Origin: an uncultured Gemmataceae bacterium
GTDB lineage: Bacteria > Planctomycetota > Planctomycetia > Gemmatales > Gemmataceae
NCBI GenBank assembly: GCA_963750165.1
Contig: CAVVPN010000003.1
Location: 3,456,001 to 3,520,000 of the forward strand
DNA: 64,000 nucleotides
Direction of reading: 5' to 3'
The position numbers and the translations under genes are program-made. The stretch's first letter is position 1, and each line of letters opens with the position of its first letter. The notes under the pieces were generated by a model, which was given only the letters and a program-made list of their open reading frames with translations, did no database searches and was not told the origin of the DNA. This document shows positions 44,109 through 53,615 of the stretch, one piece after another.

Positions 44109-45062
44109 TTACTCCTGCAAGCCCAGTTCCTGGAGCGAGGCCGCCGTCAACAACGCCTCGGCGATCTCGATCAAACGTTCCTCAGACACCGCCTCCAGGC
44201 GCTCGAGCACCTGGGCAGGCAGGGGGCCAAACCGTTTGCTGAGCTGGCGCGCCACCACGGCGCGTTGCCCCTCCTGGCGGCCCTCCTGGCGGCCTTCCTG
44301 GCGGCCTTCCTGGCGCCCCTGGGTCAAGCCTTTTTCGTAACTGGTAACGGCCATCATACGCGCCCCCTTGTACGGTTCGGTCAACAACAGGTGTTCGTAC
44401 TCCGCCAGTTGCGGCCCTTCCAGGGGAAGGTACGCCTCGACGCACTCGCACAACAAATACCTGCGCTGGTCGCTCTGCTGACTGCGACTCAGTCGCTCCA
44501 GCGCCTCCGCCTTCAGCCAGCCGCGCCGGTCCTCGGGGATGCGCATCAGCGCCGTCAACGCGATTCCCAGGACGTTGCCGCTCTCCAGGTATTCTAGCGC
44601 CTCCAGCGCCGGCAGGCCGACGTAGGCGAACTCAAAGCGGACCAGGCGGTGTTCCCAGAACCACTCCTCGTACTCATCCCAGCCGATACCGTCACGGCCG
44701 ACGCGCAAATAAAGTCCGATGGGCAGCACGGGCATCCTGTGTCGCGTACGTAACTGGCGGTAATACTCGAAGAAGCGCGGCCGCAGTTGGGCGATGTTGT
44801 CGCGCCATTCGACCTCGATGTGGACCAGCACCAGCCAGGCCTGCTCCCCGCCGGGGCGCGTTTGCACCGCCTGGCGTACCGGCAACTGTGCCACCAGGTC
44901 CACTGCACGCCGCTCACCCTGCGGCGGCTCCAGGAATACTTCCTGTTCCAGCCAGGTGATGTTGTCGAAGTCGAAGCGCTCGACCCAACCGGGGAAAAAC
45001 AGGGCGAAGAACTCGCGGAAGAACTCCCGGATCAGTCCCTTGAACCGTTGGTCGTGGTCCAT
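44109..45062 (-). CDS. DUF4351-domain / Rpn-like PD-(D/E)XK protein
   Basis: DHDQRFK...FFALFFP, DLVA...HIEVE, tandem QEGR repeats and RQLSKRFGPLP C-terminal domain. Confidence 0.75.
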   Translation of the reverse strand: MDHDQRFKGLIREFFREFFALFFPGWVERFDFDNITWLEQEVFLEPPQGERRAVDLVAQLPVRQAVQTRPGGEQAWLVLVHIEVEWRDNIAQLRPRFFEYYRQLRTRHRMPVLPIGLYLRVGRDGIGWDEYEEWFWEHRLVRFEFAYVGLPALEALEYLESGNVLGIALTALMRIPEDRRGWLKAEALERLSRSQQSDQRRYLLCECVEAYLPLEGPQLAEYEHLLLTEPYKGARMMAVTSYEKGLTQGRQEGRQEGRQEGRQEGQRAVVARQLSKRFGPLPAQVLERLEAVSEERLIEIAEALLTAASLQELGLQE

Positions 45063-45071
45063 GACCGGCCC

Positions 45072-46253
45072 TCACACTCGCTCCACCACCAGCGCCACCG
45101 CGTTGCCGCCGCCCAGGCACAGCGCCGCGCACCCGCGCTTCGCCCCGCGTTGCTGCATGGCATGCAGCAACGTCACCAGCACGCGCGCCCCGGACGCCCC
45201 GATTGGGTGCCCCAGCGCGATCGCGCCGCCGTTGACGTTCACCTTCGCCTCGTCCAGCTCCAGCCCCTTGCCGCACGCCAGCATCTGCGCCGCGAACGCC
45301 TCATTCAACTCGAACAGGTCGATGTCCCGCAACGCCAACTTCGCCTTCGCCAGCGCCGCCTGCACCGCCCCCACCGGCGCGATGAAAATGTCCTTCGGCG
45401 CCACGCCGCTGGTCGCGTACGCCAACACGCGCGCCAGCGGCTTCGTCCCCAGCTGCGCCGCCGCGGCAGCCGACGCCACCACCACCGCCGCGGCGCCGTC
45501 GCTCAGCGTCGAGGCGTTGCCGGCCGTCACCGTGCCGCCTTCCGCGCGGAAAGCCGGTTTCAACTTCGCCAATCCCTCCGCCGTCGTCTCCGGCCGCATG
45601 CCCTCGTCGCGCGCCACCGTCCGCGCCTTCGGGTCGCTGCCGACCGTCACCGGCACCACCTCCGCATTGAACGCGCCGCGCTCCCACGCGGCGGTCGCCC
45701 GCTGCTGGCTCTGCGCCGAAAAGCGGTCCTGGTCGGCGCGCGTCACGCCACATTTCGACGCGATGTGCTCCGCCGCCTCGCCCATGTGCCAGTCCTCGAA
45801 GGCGCACCACAGGCCGTCGTGGATCATCGCATCCACCGCCTTCTGGTCGCCGTACTTCCAGCCCGTCCGCGCCCCGAACAGCAGGTACGGCGCCCGGCTC
45901 ATGCTCTCCATGCCGCCCGCCACGATCACGTCGGCGTCGCCGGCGCGCACCGCCTGGGCCGCCAGCATGACCGCCTTCAGGCCGCTGCCGCACACCTTGT
46001 TGATCGTCACCGCGGCGATGCTGTCCGGCAGCCCCGCTTTCAGCGCCGCCTGGCGCGCCGGGTTCTGGCCCAGCCCCGCTTGCAGCACGTTGCCGACGAT
46101 CACCTCGTCCACGCGCGCCGCCGGCACGTTGGCTCGCCGCAGCGCCTCGGCAATGACGACGCCGCCCAGCTGCGGCGCCGACAACTCCGCCAGACCGCCC
46201 AGGTATTTGCCAATCGGCGTCCGCACGCCGGAGAGAATCAGGGCCTCGCTCAT
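45072..46253 (-). CDS. Acetyl-CoA C-acyltransferase (thiolase)
   Basis: [24 protein letters not shown] and CLGGG. Confidence 0.97.
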   Translation of the reverse strand: MSEALILSGVRTPIGKYLGGLAELSAPQLGGVVIAEALRRANVPAARVDEVIVGNVLQAGLGQNPARQAALKAGLPDSIAAVTINKVCGSGLKAVMLAAQAVRAGDADVIVAGGMESMSRAPYLLFGARTGWKYGDQKAVDAMIHDGLWCAFEDWHMGEAAEHIASKCGVTRADQDRFSAQSQQRATAAWERGAFNAEVVPVTVGSDPKARTVARDEGMRPETTAEGLAKLKPAFRAEGGTVTAGNASTLSDGAAAVVVASAAAAAQLGTKPLARVLAYATSGVAPKDIFIAPVGAVQAALAKAKLALRDIDLFELNEAFAAQMLACGKGLELDEAKVNVNGGAIALGHPIGASGARVLVTLLHAMQQRGAKRGCAALCLGGGNAVALVVERV

Positions 46254-46519
46254 GACGACTCCTGTGACTGGAGGCGAAAAACAGAATCATTAATATGAAT
46301 TATACCTGGTCTCTGGGCCGTATGCCCAGCCGCGCCGCGCCCCGCTTCGTAAAGTAGCAGCACTGATACGCTCTGTGTTCCGGCCGAACCTCATGCGCAA
46401 ATTGCTCGCGGCCAAAATCGATCAGGGGTTGACGGACCAGCAAATTTTCGAGCAGTTGCTCCAGGAACGCGGGCCGGAACTGCTGCGGCCGCACCTGCGC
46501 CCGTGCGTCCTCCAGATCC

Positions 46520-46571
46520 GAGCCCGAGCGCAGCGCGGGGCCAGCGCTGCCCCGCGCTGGCGCTCGGGCTC
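46520..46571. repeat. GC-rich palindrome upstream of the ABC genes
   Basis: GAGCCCGAGCG(C)AGCGCGGGG...CCCCGCGCTGGCGCTCGGGCTC. Confidence 0.65.
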
Positions 46572-46597
46572 CGACCAAAAACGCCCTGAGGCCCGCC

Positions 46598-47473
46598 ATG
46601 CTGCTGCACACGGACCAGCTGACGAAGGACTACGGTCGCTTCCGCGCGCTCAGCGGGCTCGACCTGAGCGTCGGCGCCGGCGAGGTCTTCGGTCTGCTCG
46701 GCCCGAACGGCTCCGGCAAGTCCACAGCGCTGCGGCTGCTGCTCGGGTTTCTTCGCCCCACGTCCGGCCGGGCCGCCATCGACGGCCACGACTGCTGGCA
46801 CGACAGCGTCGCCGCCCGCGCCTGTGTCGCCTACCTGCCCGGCGAGCTGCGCCTCTACGAACACATGACCGGCCGCCAGCTCGTGCGCTTCCTCTGCGAG
46901 CTGCGCCGCCAACCGGTCACCGACGCCGTGGACCGCCTCGCCCGCCGCCTCGACATCAACCCCGATCTGCCCATCAAAAACCTCTCCTCCGGCATGAAAC
47001 GCAAGGTGGCCCTGCTGCAAGTGCTGACGCCGCACGTGCCACTGGTCATCCTCGACGAGCCCACCAACACCCTCGACCCCACCATGCGCGACGAACTGCT
47101 CGCCCAGCTGCGGCGCGCGGCCACGGAGCAGGGCCAGACAGTTCTGTTCAGTTCGCACGTCCTCGCCGAGGTCGAACAGGTCTGCGACCGCGTCGCCATC
47201 CTGCAGCGTGGCCGGCTGGTCCACCTGCAGGACATGGCGGCTCTGCGGCAGGCGCGATTGGTGCGCGTCCACCTCGACGGACAATCGGCGACGGTGCCGG
47301 AGTTGCCGGGCGTGACGGTCTGCGGCCGCAACGGCGACCGGCTGACGCTGGAGCAGCGCGGCGACCTGGGACCGCTGCTCACCTGGCTGGCGGCGCGGCC
47401 GGTGCGCGACGTGGTGATTCAGCCGCTGGGCCTGTCCAACATTTACCATCACTACCACGGGATCGACGCATGA
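46598..47473 (+). CDS. ABC transporter ATP-binding protein (ABC-2/export type)
   Basis: GPNGSGKS, LSSGM, ILDEPT and SSH. Confidence 0.95.
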   Translation: MLLHTDQLTKDYGRFRALSGLDLSVGAGEVFGLLGPNGSGKSTALRLLLGFLRPTSGRAAIDGHDCWHDSVAARACVAYLPGELRLYEHMTGRQLVRFLCELRRQPVTDAVDRLARRLDINPDLPIKNLSSGMKRKVALLQVLTPHVPLVILDEPTNTLDPTMRDELLAQLRRAATEQGQTVLFSSHVLAEVEQVCDRVAILQRGRLVHLQDMAALRQARLVRVHLDGQSATVPELPGVTVCGRNGDRLTLEQRGDLGPLLTWLAARPVRDVVIQPLGLSNIYHHYHGIDA

Positions 47474-48348
47474 GCCTGGTGCTGGTCCGCAAACTGCTCC
47501 GCGACGTGCGCTGGGGTCTGCTTGTCGTGGCCCTGTTGCTGGCGCTGTTCGAGTTCCTGTACGCCAAGGTCACGCAGCAAACGCTGGAGGTGATCGCCAA
47601 CCTGGGCCCTACCTACAATTTCGGCCGGGCCGTCCTGTTCAAGAGCGAGGCCGGGGAGGTGCTGCAGAAAGTGATCGGCGGAGAGAAGATCGACCTGGCG
47701 AACCCGATGCACACACTGACCGTCGGCTACGTCCATCCGCTGGTGCAGACCATCCTGTGCATCTGGGCCATCGGCCGGGCCGCCAGCGCAATCGCGGGGG
47801 AGATCGACCGCGGCACCCTGGAACTCCTGCTGGCCCAGCCAATCGCGCGCCGCCAAGTGATCGGCTCGCACCTCGTGGTGGATCTGCTGACGATTCCGGT
47901 GGTGAGCCTGAGCCTGTGGTTGGGGACGTGGGTGGGGGCGTGGGTGTTTGGTCTGCTCGGCCCACCGCGGCCAGGAACCGTCCACATCGATTTATGGCGC
48001 ATCGGGCCGGGGCTGTACAACGTGGCGGCCCTGGTGTTCGCGGTCTCCGGCTACACCATGTTCCTGTCGGCGTGCGGCCGGTTCCGCGGCCGCGTGCTCG
48101 GCAGCGCAGTCGTGGTCACGCTGGTGCAGTTCATGGTCAACCTGATCGGCCAACTCTGGGACGTGCTGGAGGGGTTTCGGCCGTTGACGGTATTTTACTA
48201 CTACCAACCGCAACCGCTCATCCTCGGTGAGGCGGGAGCGACGGGGCAAGCAGCCGTCAACCTCGGCGTGCTGGGCGCCGTCGGCGTGATCGGCTATGTG
48301 CTGGCGCTGGTGGTGTTTTGTCGGCGCGATCTGCCGGCGCCGCTGTGA
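47470..48348 (+). CDS. ABC-2 type permease
   Basis: ATGA overlap with the ATPase gene, IAGEIDRGTLELLLAQPIAR, about six TM segments and C-terminal FCRRDL. Confidence 0.9.
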   Translation: MSLVLVRKLLRDVRWGLLVVALLLALFEFLYAKVTQQTLEVIANLGPTYNFGRAVLFKSEAGEVLQKVIGGEKIDLANPMHTLTVGYVHPLVQTILCIWAIGRAASAIAGEIDRGTLELLLAQPIARRQVIGSHLVVDLLTIPVVSLSLWLGTWVGAWVFGLLGPPRPGTVHIDLWRIGPGLYNVAALVFAVSGYTMFLSACGRFRGRVLGSAVVVTLVQFMVNLIGQLWDVLEGFRPLTVFYYYQPQPLILGEAGATGQAAVNLGVLGAVGVIGYVLALVVFCRRDLPAPL

Positions 48349-48400
48349 CCGGTGTGGTGAATTTGTGAGCATGTGTCCGTTTTCGGAGCGCGCCGCGGAT

Positions 48401-48769
48401 TCACAGCAGGTCGTCGAGGTCGTCGTCGGTCAACGGCGTGAGCAGCTGGCAACCGACCACCCAGTCGCCGCTGACCTGTTTGGTGCAGTGGGCGACGCGG
48501 GCGCGGAGCTGGTAGACCCGCTGGCTGCGACCCTTCAGGCTGATGACGAACTCCGTCCGGGTTTCGAGCAAGTCGGGCACGAGCAGACCAGCCCCGTGGC
48601 CGGAGAGGTTAAGGATCCAGGCGCGCACCGGTTCCGTTTCGGGGTCGGTGATGAGGCGACCCGGCGTGGCAGGGCCGCACAGGTAGCGCGTCTCCGAGCG
48701 GCGAATGCCCGAAGGCGGCCTGTGAACCTGGCGGAGGTCCGCCGGCACAGGGGTGGTGGGTTGCGCCAT
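48401..48769 (-). CDS. PilZ-domain protein
   Basis: RRSETR (RxxxR) and NLSGHG ([DN]xSxxG). An alternative ATG lies at 48781. Confidence 0.85.
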   Translation of the reverse strand: MAQPTTPVPADLRQVHRPPSGIRRSETRYLCGPATPGRLITDPETEPVRAWILNLSGHGAGLLVPDLLETRTEFVISLKGRSQRVYQLRARVAHCTKQVSGDWVVGCQLLTPLTDDDLDDLL

Positions 48770-48923
48770 GACTGGCCACATCTCCTCTCAGCGAATGACC
48801 CACTTTACTTTAGGTCATTAATTGACGACTGTCAAACAAAGCCCGCCACTAATTCCCACTGAAGCAAGCGAGTCGTTGGGGTTGTAGGGATCGTCACGGT
48901 GGGCGCTCCCCGGAGCGCATCTC

Positions 48924-48939
48924 TGCAAGGGTCGTGCCG
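48924..48939 (-). promoter_or_regulatory. Candidate sigma54 promoter facing the PilZ gene
   Basis: Minus strand CGGCACGACCCTTGCA matches GGCACG-N4-TTGCA. Confidence 0.6.
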
Positions 48940-49065
48940 GTTTTTTTCCGCCCACGCCTCAGGTCGGGCAATCGTGTTCTATAGTTTGGTAGACTCCAGG
49001 AAGGGTTTGACTCGCCCCTCGTGGATGGACCACTCCCCTCATTCCCGTCACAGAGTGTAGTGGAC

Positions 49066-50361
49066 ATGATCGCAACATCGCCGGGCTCGTTCATGGAACG
49101 GCTGGTCGCCAGCCAGCTGTTAACCGCGGAACAACTCGCCGCCGTCCGCACCGCCGGGGGGGACGACAAGACGCTGGCCGACTCCCTGGTGGAGCAGGGG
49201 TTGCTGACGCGCTTCCAGGCGCGGCAGCTGCGGGCAGGCGCCACCTCGTTCTTCATTGGCAAATATGTGGTCGTGGACTGCCTCGGACGGGGCGGCAACG
49301 GCATCGTGTACAAGGCCCGCCATCGCCTGCTGAACCAGCGTTACGTCGCGCTGAAGACGGTGGACACGCGCAGCCTGCATCACACCCACGACGCCGTCGA
49401 GCGTTTCCGCCGTGAGATCGACATCGTCGCCGCCCTGGACCACCCCAATGTCGTCCGCGCCCTGGACGTGCTACAGACGCGCGGCCATCTGTATCTGGTG
49501 CTGGAGTACGTGCCCGGCCAGGATCTGGCCAAGGTGGTGCGCGAGCGTGGCCGGCTGCCGATCGGCGAGGCGGTCGATTACGCGGTGCAGACGGCGCGCG
49601 GTCTGGAGTACGCGCACGGTCAGGGGGTGGTCCACCGCGATCTGAAGCCGGCCAACCTGCTGTTGACGCCGGACGGCGTGGTCAAGTTGTCGGACCTGGG
49701 GCTGGCGCGGACGCTGAAAAAGTCGGCGACCGAGGATCCGAGCCTGAAGGGCCTGTGCCTGGGGACGCCGGAATTCATGGCCCCGGAGCAGGCCGAGGAC
49801 GCCAACCAGGCCGACCCGCGCAGCGACCTGTTCAGCCTGGGGGCGACGCTGTTCCACCTGCTGACGGCTGAATTGCCGCTGAACGGCAGCAGTTATCTGC
49901 ACCGGCTGCAGCAGCTGCTGACGGCGCCGCAGCGGTCGCTGGCGGTGGCGCGACCGGAGGCACCGGCGGAGTTGGCGGCGCTGGTGGACCGGCTGCGGCT
50001 GCGCGACCCGAACCAGCGGCCGGGCAGTGCTCGTGAGGTAATCGCGCTGCTGGAGCCGTTCGCGCGCAAGCCGGAGGATCCCGCGACGTGGGAGGCGCCG
50101 CGCAAGGCGGCGGTGGTGCTGGAGGTGCTGCGGACGCAGAAGACCGTCGCGGTTTGCTCGAGGCATCGCGTGCCGCTGCACCTGTTCGCGGACTGGCAAA
50201 AGTCCTTCCTGGAAGGCGGCGAGCGGGCGCTGGCCGGCGCCGCCCGGCCCGTCACCGCAGCCCAGGAGCAGGTCCGCGAGTTGCAGCGCCGCATCGGCGC
50301 TCAGGCCGTGGAACTGGAGGCGCTACGCAAACGCTTACAGGAAGCGGAACCGCGTCAATAA
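49066..50361 (+). CDS. Ser/Thr protein kinase with a C-terminal transposase-OrfA/DUF1153-like HTH and coiled coil
   Basis: GRGGNG, VALK, HRDLKPAN, DLG and GTPEFMAPE. Tail reads WEAPRKAAVVLEVL...WQKSFLEGG...ELQRRIG. The start could be GTG 49021. Confidence 0.9.
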   Translation: MIATSPGSFMERLVASQLLTAEQLAAVRTAGGDDKTLADSLVEQGLLTRFQARQLRAGATSFFIGKYVVVDCLGRGGNGIVYKARHRLLNQRYVALKTVDTRSLHHTHDAVERFRREIDIVAALDHPNVVRALDVLQTRGHLYLVLEYVPGQDLAKVVRERGRLPIGEAVDYAVQTARGLEYAHGQGVVHRDLKPANLLLTPDGVVKLSDLGLARTLKKSATEDPSLKGLCLGTPEFMAPEQAEDANQADPRSDLFSLGATLFHLLTAELPLNGSSYLHRLQQLLTAPQRSLAVARPEAPAELAALVDRLRLRDPNQRPGSAREVIALLEPFARKPEDPATWEAPRKAAVVLEVLRTQKTVAVCSRHRVPLHLFADWQKSFLEGGERALAGAARPVTAAQEQVRELQRRIGAQAVELEALRKRLQEAEPRQ

Positions 50362-50470
50362 ACAGAGGATTCACCACAAAGACACCAAGGGGCACAAAGA
50401 AGAGATAAAAAGGAATTTGTTTTTATCTCTTCTTTGTGCCCCTTGGTGTCTTTGTGGTGAATCCTCTGTT
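50361..50470. repeat. Long palindrome, family A, filling the gap between two convergent stop codons
   Basis: AACAGAGGATTCACCACAAAGACACCAAGG...CCTTGGTGTCTTTGTGGTGAATCCTCTGTT. Confidence 0.9.
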
Positions 50471-51488
50471 ATTGTCCGCGCGACTTTCTACCGTTGGGGG
50501 AGGCGCCGATGAGCGTGCCTTCCGGCAGCGGCCGGCCCGCGACCTCGACATTGCTGCGGTGCAACAGGTCGCGCAGCTGCCGGTACAGCGCGAAACTGTC
50601 CGGATACACCCAGAACGTCACCGTGGTGTGCTCCGGGTCGAGCCGGTCCACGATCTGGCGGAACATCGAGCCTGGCCGCAGCGCCGCCACCGCGGTTTCG
50701 CCGCGCTGCGCCGCGATCGGCACCACCTGCCAGGAGCCGTTCACCGCTCCGCTGCGGTCGTCCTGTAACTCCAGCGTGTAGTGCAGCTCAAAAGCGCCGA
50801 GCGGGTTCGCCACGCCGGTGATGCGCCCCTGGGTGCGCAACTCCTGGGTTCGCGTTTGCAGGTCGTGCTTCAGGTCTTCGAGGAAGGCCGCCAGGTCCAC
50901 GAACGCCACGCGGCCGTCCTTGCACTCGAAGTGCAACTCCTCCGACTGCACCACCCGACTGACCGGCGTGCGGAAGCGCAACGGCTTCTTCGCGGACGGT
51001 TCCTTTTGCAGCTTGCGAATCTCCTCCTCCAGCTGCTTCGCCCGCGGCGCCAGCTCCGCCACGCTCACCGTGACCTCCTTGTTGGCGAGTTCCTTCTCCA
51101 CCTGGGCGGCGATCAGGTCGCGCCGCTGGCGGTCGAGCTTCTGTTCCTCCTCGGTCAACTGCGCGAGCTGCCGGACGGTCGCGGTGCCGGCGCCGCGCAA
51201 CTGATCCATCTGCGTGCCCTGGGTCTGCACGCGCTGCTCCACCTGGAGCAGTTCCCACTGCTGCCGGGACAGCGTCTTGCGTACCGCCTCCTCGGCGTCA
51301 GTGGACGCGGGGAGCGCGACGGCAGCGGGCGGCGACGGCAGCGCCTGCAGCACTGCGTGGTACGCGCGGGCGCCCACCCAGGCCACCAGGATGAGACGAA
51401 TGATGATGCCCACGACGTTCGTAATCACGTCGAGGAAGCAATCGAGGCTGAACGGGACTTCGCGGGGCGGACGGCGGCGACGGATCAT
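50469..51488 (-). CDS. Single-pass membrane protein with ExbD/TolR-like N-terminus and coiled coil
   Basis: Basic N-terminus, FSLDCFLDVITNVVGIII TM with Asp, coiled coil and a C-terminal alpha/beta domain. Third gene of the MotA/ExbB cluster. Confidence 0.6.
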   Translation of the reverse strand: MIRRRRPPREVPFSLDCFLDVITNVVGIIIRLILVAWVGARAYHAVLQALPSPPAAVALPASTDAEEAVRKTLSRQQWELLQVEQRVQTQGTQMDQLRGAGTATVRQLAQLTEEEQKLDRQRRDLIAAQVEKELANKEVTVSVAELAPRAKQLEEEIRKLQKEPSAKKPLRFRTPVSRVVQSEELHFECKDGRVAFVDLAAFLEDLKHDLQTRTQELRTQGRITGVANPLGAFELHYTLELQDDRSGAVNGSWQVVPIAAQRGETAVAALRPGSMFRQIVDRLDPEHTTVTFWVYPDSFALYRQLRDLLHRSNVEVAGRPLPEGTLIGASPNGRKSRGQ

Positions 51489-51489
51489 G

Positions 51490-53601
51490 TCAGTTCACCC
51501 CCTCCCGTGCCAGCGGCAGTCGTAGCGGCTCCAGCAGCGGACAGACCGCGTAAAACGTGCCCAGCCCACCAGGCCCCACCTGGAGCCGCAGCAACGGCCG
51601 ATACGGGGCCTCGCCGGGTCGCACTGTCGCCTGCCGCCGGGCCACCAGTTGCCGCACCGCCTGCGCCAGCGGGTGCTCGCCGGTCGGCCGGGCGTTCAAC
51701 TCGGTGAGCGCGAAACGTTGGCCGGTGGGCCGCAGCACCGCCGCGTTCGCCTCGCAGGTAATCTGGATGATCCAGTCACGGTTGCCGATCAGGCCGCTGA
51801 GCGTCACCGGCGTCGGCCGTTTGCCGTACTGCCTGCCCGCCAGCAGCGGCGGCAGCGGTGGCCCCGGGTTGCCGCCACCGCCCCCGGAAGATGCGGACCC
51901 GCCGGGGCTTCCTGCTCTGGCGGTCTGGCCGTCGGGAGTGCCCGCGCTGGCGGCCTGGCCGTCGGGAGTGCGAGGGCTTCCCTGATCGTCGCCCGGCGGA
52001 GTCTGACCATCGCCTGGTGGACCGCTCGGTTGTCCGGTGCCTGTGCTCTTGCCCTTACTGATGCCGCCGCCCGGGCCGGCGCCCGTCGCGGTGACAACGG
52101 CGCCACCCGGCGGCCCATTTCCTCCTGGGCCGTTCTCGCCTCCCGCGGTCACGCCCTGAGGACTGCCACCGTTCCCGCGCCTGGGCGTCGCAAGGTTGCT
52201 GATACTCTGGCTCAAATTGCCGATGTTCGGCGCACCGGCAGGTCCGACGAAAGGAGAGCCCCAGCGTCCTGCAGTCGCTGACGCTCCCGGCGCGCCGGTG
52301 CCGCCGCGGCCGGCGCCGCTGAACATGCAATCCTCCAAACTCGGTATTTCGCCTCCGAGAACGTTGGTTTTCCTCCCACCGCCCGAACCGCCCCGCTCAG
52401 CACCGGCCGCCGCATTGCCCGCGCCGACGCCCCGCCCATCGCCCGTCCAAACGCCTTTCCCAGAGCCACCCGTCGCGTTGCCCGGGCCGCCGCCCGGCTT
52501 ACCACCGCCCGAACCGCCCCACCCGGAGCCGCCCACCGTGGTGCTCGGGCCGATGCCCTGCCCACCGCCTGCCCGAACGCCAGAACCGACCCCCACGCCG
52601 CCACCGCCGGAACCTCCCGCAATCTGGCCGCCGCCACCCGCAGGCCCGGCCAGGCTGCTGCCCCCCATGCTCAGCGTGGCCACCCGCTTCGGGATGGGCG
52701 GCACCGCCAGCGCGAGCGAAGGCGGCACCGGCGGCACGCCGGCCGCCAGCGCTTCCTGCGAAAAGTCCAGAATCCAGTCGTCCTCGATCAACTCATAGCC
52801 GAAGTCGATCTCGAGCCCCTCCAGCGCGGCCCGCAGCAGCCCGTACGTCGGAATGCCGACGGGCCGGATCAGCACCATCAGGTAGGGCGTCGCCGCCTTG
52901 CCGTCGCCGCGCTGCTGGGCGATGCGCCGCTGCACCTCGGCCCGCACCGTCAGCGGCGACGGCAACGCCTTCAGCCGGTCGGGGTGAAAGATCAGGCTGG
53001 TGCCGCACTCGATGTAAATCGGCTTGCGGTTGTCACCGTGCTTGCCGGCGTAGGGGATGAGCGAGTACGTCTGCTGGTCGAGCGACCGCCGCGCCTTGAG
53101 GTCGTTCAACGTGGCCTCCAGCTCGCGCACCCGGGTCAGCTGTTTGACCAGTTCGCTGCGGGCGCCTTCCGCCTTGTTCTCCACCAGAAAGATGCCGTGC
53201 TTGCGCTCGGCCACGTCGGCGCGGAGTTGTGCCACGCGGTCGCCGGCTTTTTGGGCTTGCTGCAGCAGTTGCCCCTGGCGGGCCCGCTCGTCGCGCAGCG
53301 CCTGCTCGACGGTGGCGGCCCGGCCATGCACTTCCTGAAGCTGGGCCAGCTGGGCGGCGGCGATGCGGTTCAGCTCCGCCCAACGCAGCCGGCGGCGCTG
53401 CTCCTCGGCGGACAGGCGGGCCTGATCCTGGGCGGCGTCCTGCAGGCGCTGGGCGTACTGCAAGCGAGCCTTGTTCCGGGCGACGATTTTAGCGCGGCGG
53501 TCCATCACCAGCAGCAACAGAATCAGCGCCCCCATCGCGCACAGCAGCACCGCGAGGAACGGAAAGGTCTCAGGCTTGAGCTTCGCCTTCCGGGATCGCA
53601 T
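51490..53601 (-). CDS. Single-pass membrane protein with ExbD-like N-terminus, coiled coil and long Gly/Pro-rich linker
   Basis: MRSRKAK...FPFLAVLLCAMGALILLLLV, followed by two similar periplasmic segments separated by a low-complexity region. Confidence 0.6.
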   Translation of the reverse strand: MRSRKAKLKPETFPFLAVLLCAMGALILLLLVMDRRAKIVARNKARLQYAQRLQDAAQDQARLSAEEQRRRLRWAELNRIAAAQLAQLQEVHGRAATVEQALRDERARQGQLLQQAQKAGDRVAQLRADVAERKHGIFLVENKAEGARSELVKQLTRVRELEATLNDLKARRSLDQQTYSLIPYAGKHGDNRKPIYIECGTSLIFHPDRLKALPSPLTVRAEVQRRIAQQRGDGKAATPYLMVLIRPVGIPTYGLLRAALEGLEIDFGYELIEDDWILDFSQEALAAGVPPVPPSLALAVPPIPKRVATLSMGGSSLAGPAGGGGQIAGGSGGGGVGVGSGVRAGGGQGIGPSTTVGGSGWGGSGGGKPGGGPGNATGGSGKGVWTGDGRGVGAGNAAAGAERGGSGGGRKTNVLGGEIPSLEDCMFSGAGRGGTGAPGASATAGRWGSPFVGPAGAPNIGNLSQSISNLATPRRGNGGSPQGVTAGGENGPGGNGPPGGAVVTATGAGPGGGISKGKSTGTGQPSGPPGDGQTPPGDDQGSPRTPDGQAASAGTPDGQTARAGSPGGSASSGGGGGNPGPPLPPLLAGRQYGKRPTPVTLSGLIGNRDWIIQITCEANAAVLRPTGQRFALTELNARPTGEHPLAQAVRQLVARRQATVRPGEAPYRPLLRLQVGPGGLGTFYAVCPLLEPLRLPLAREGVN

Positions 53602-53615
53602 GGAGACCTCAAATT

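Noticed and set aside
44268..44320. 12-bp tandem repeat as a separate element
   Set aside because: It encodes the QEGR repeats that are usual in DUF4351/Rpn-like proteins.
46375..47469. 657-aa ORF as a long permease
   Set aside because: The 5' half overlaps the ABC ATPase in another frame. The permease starts at the ATGA overlap at 47470.
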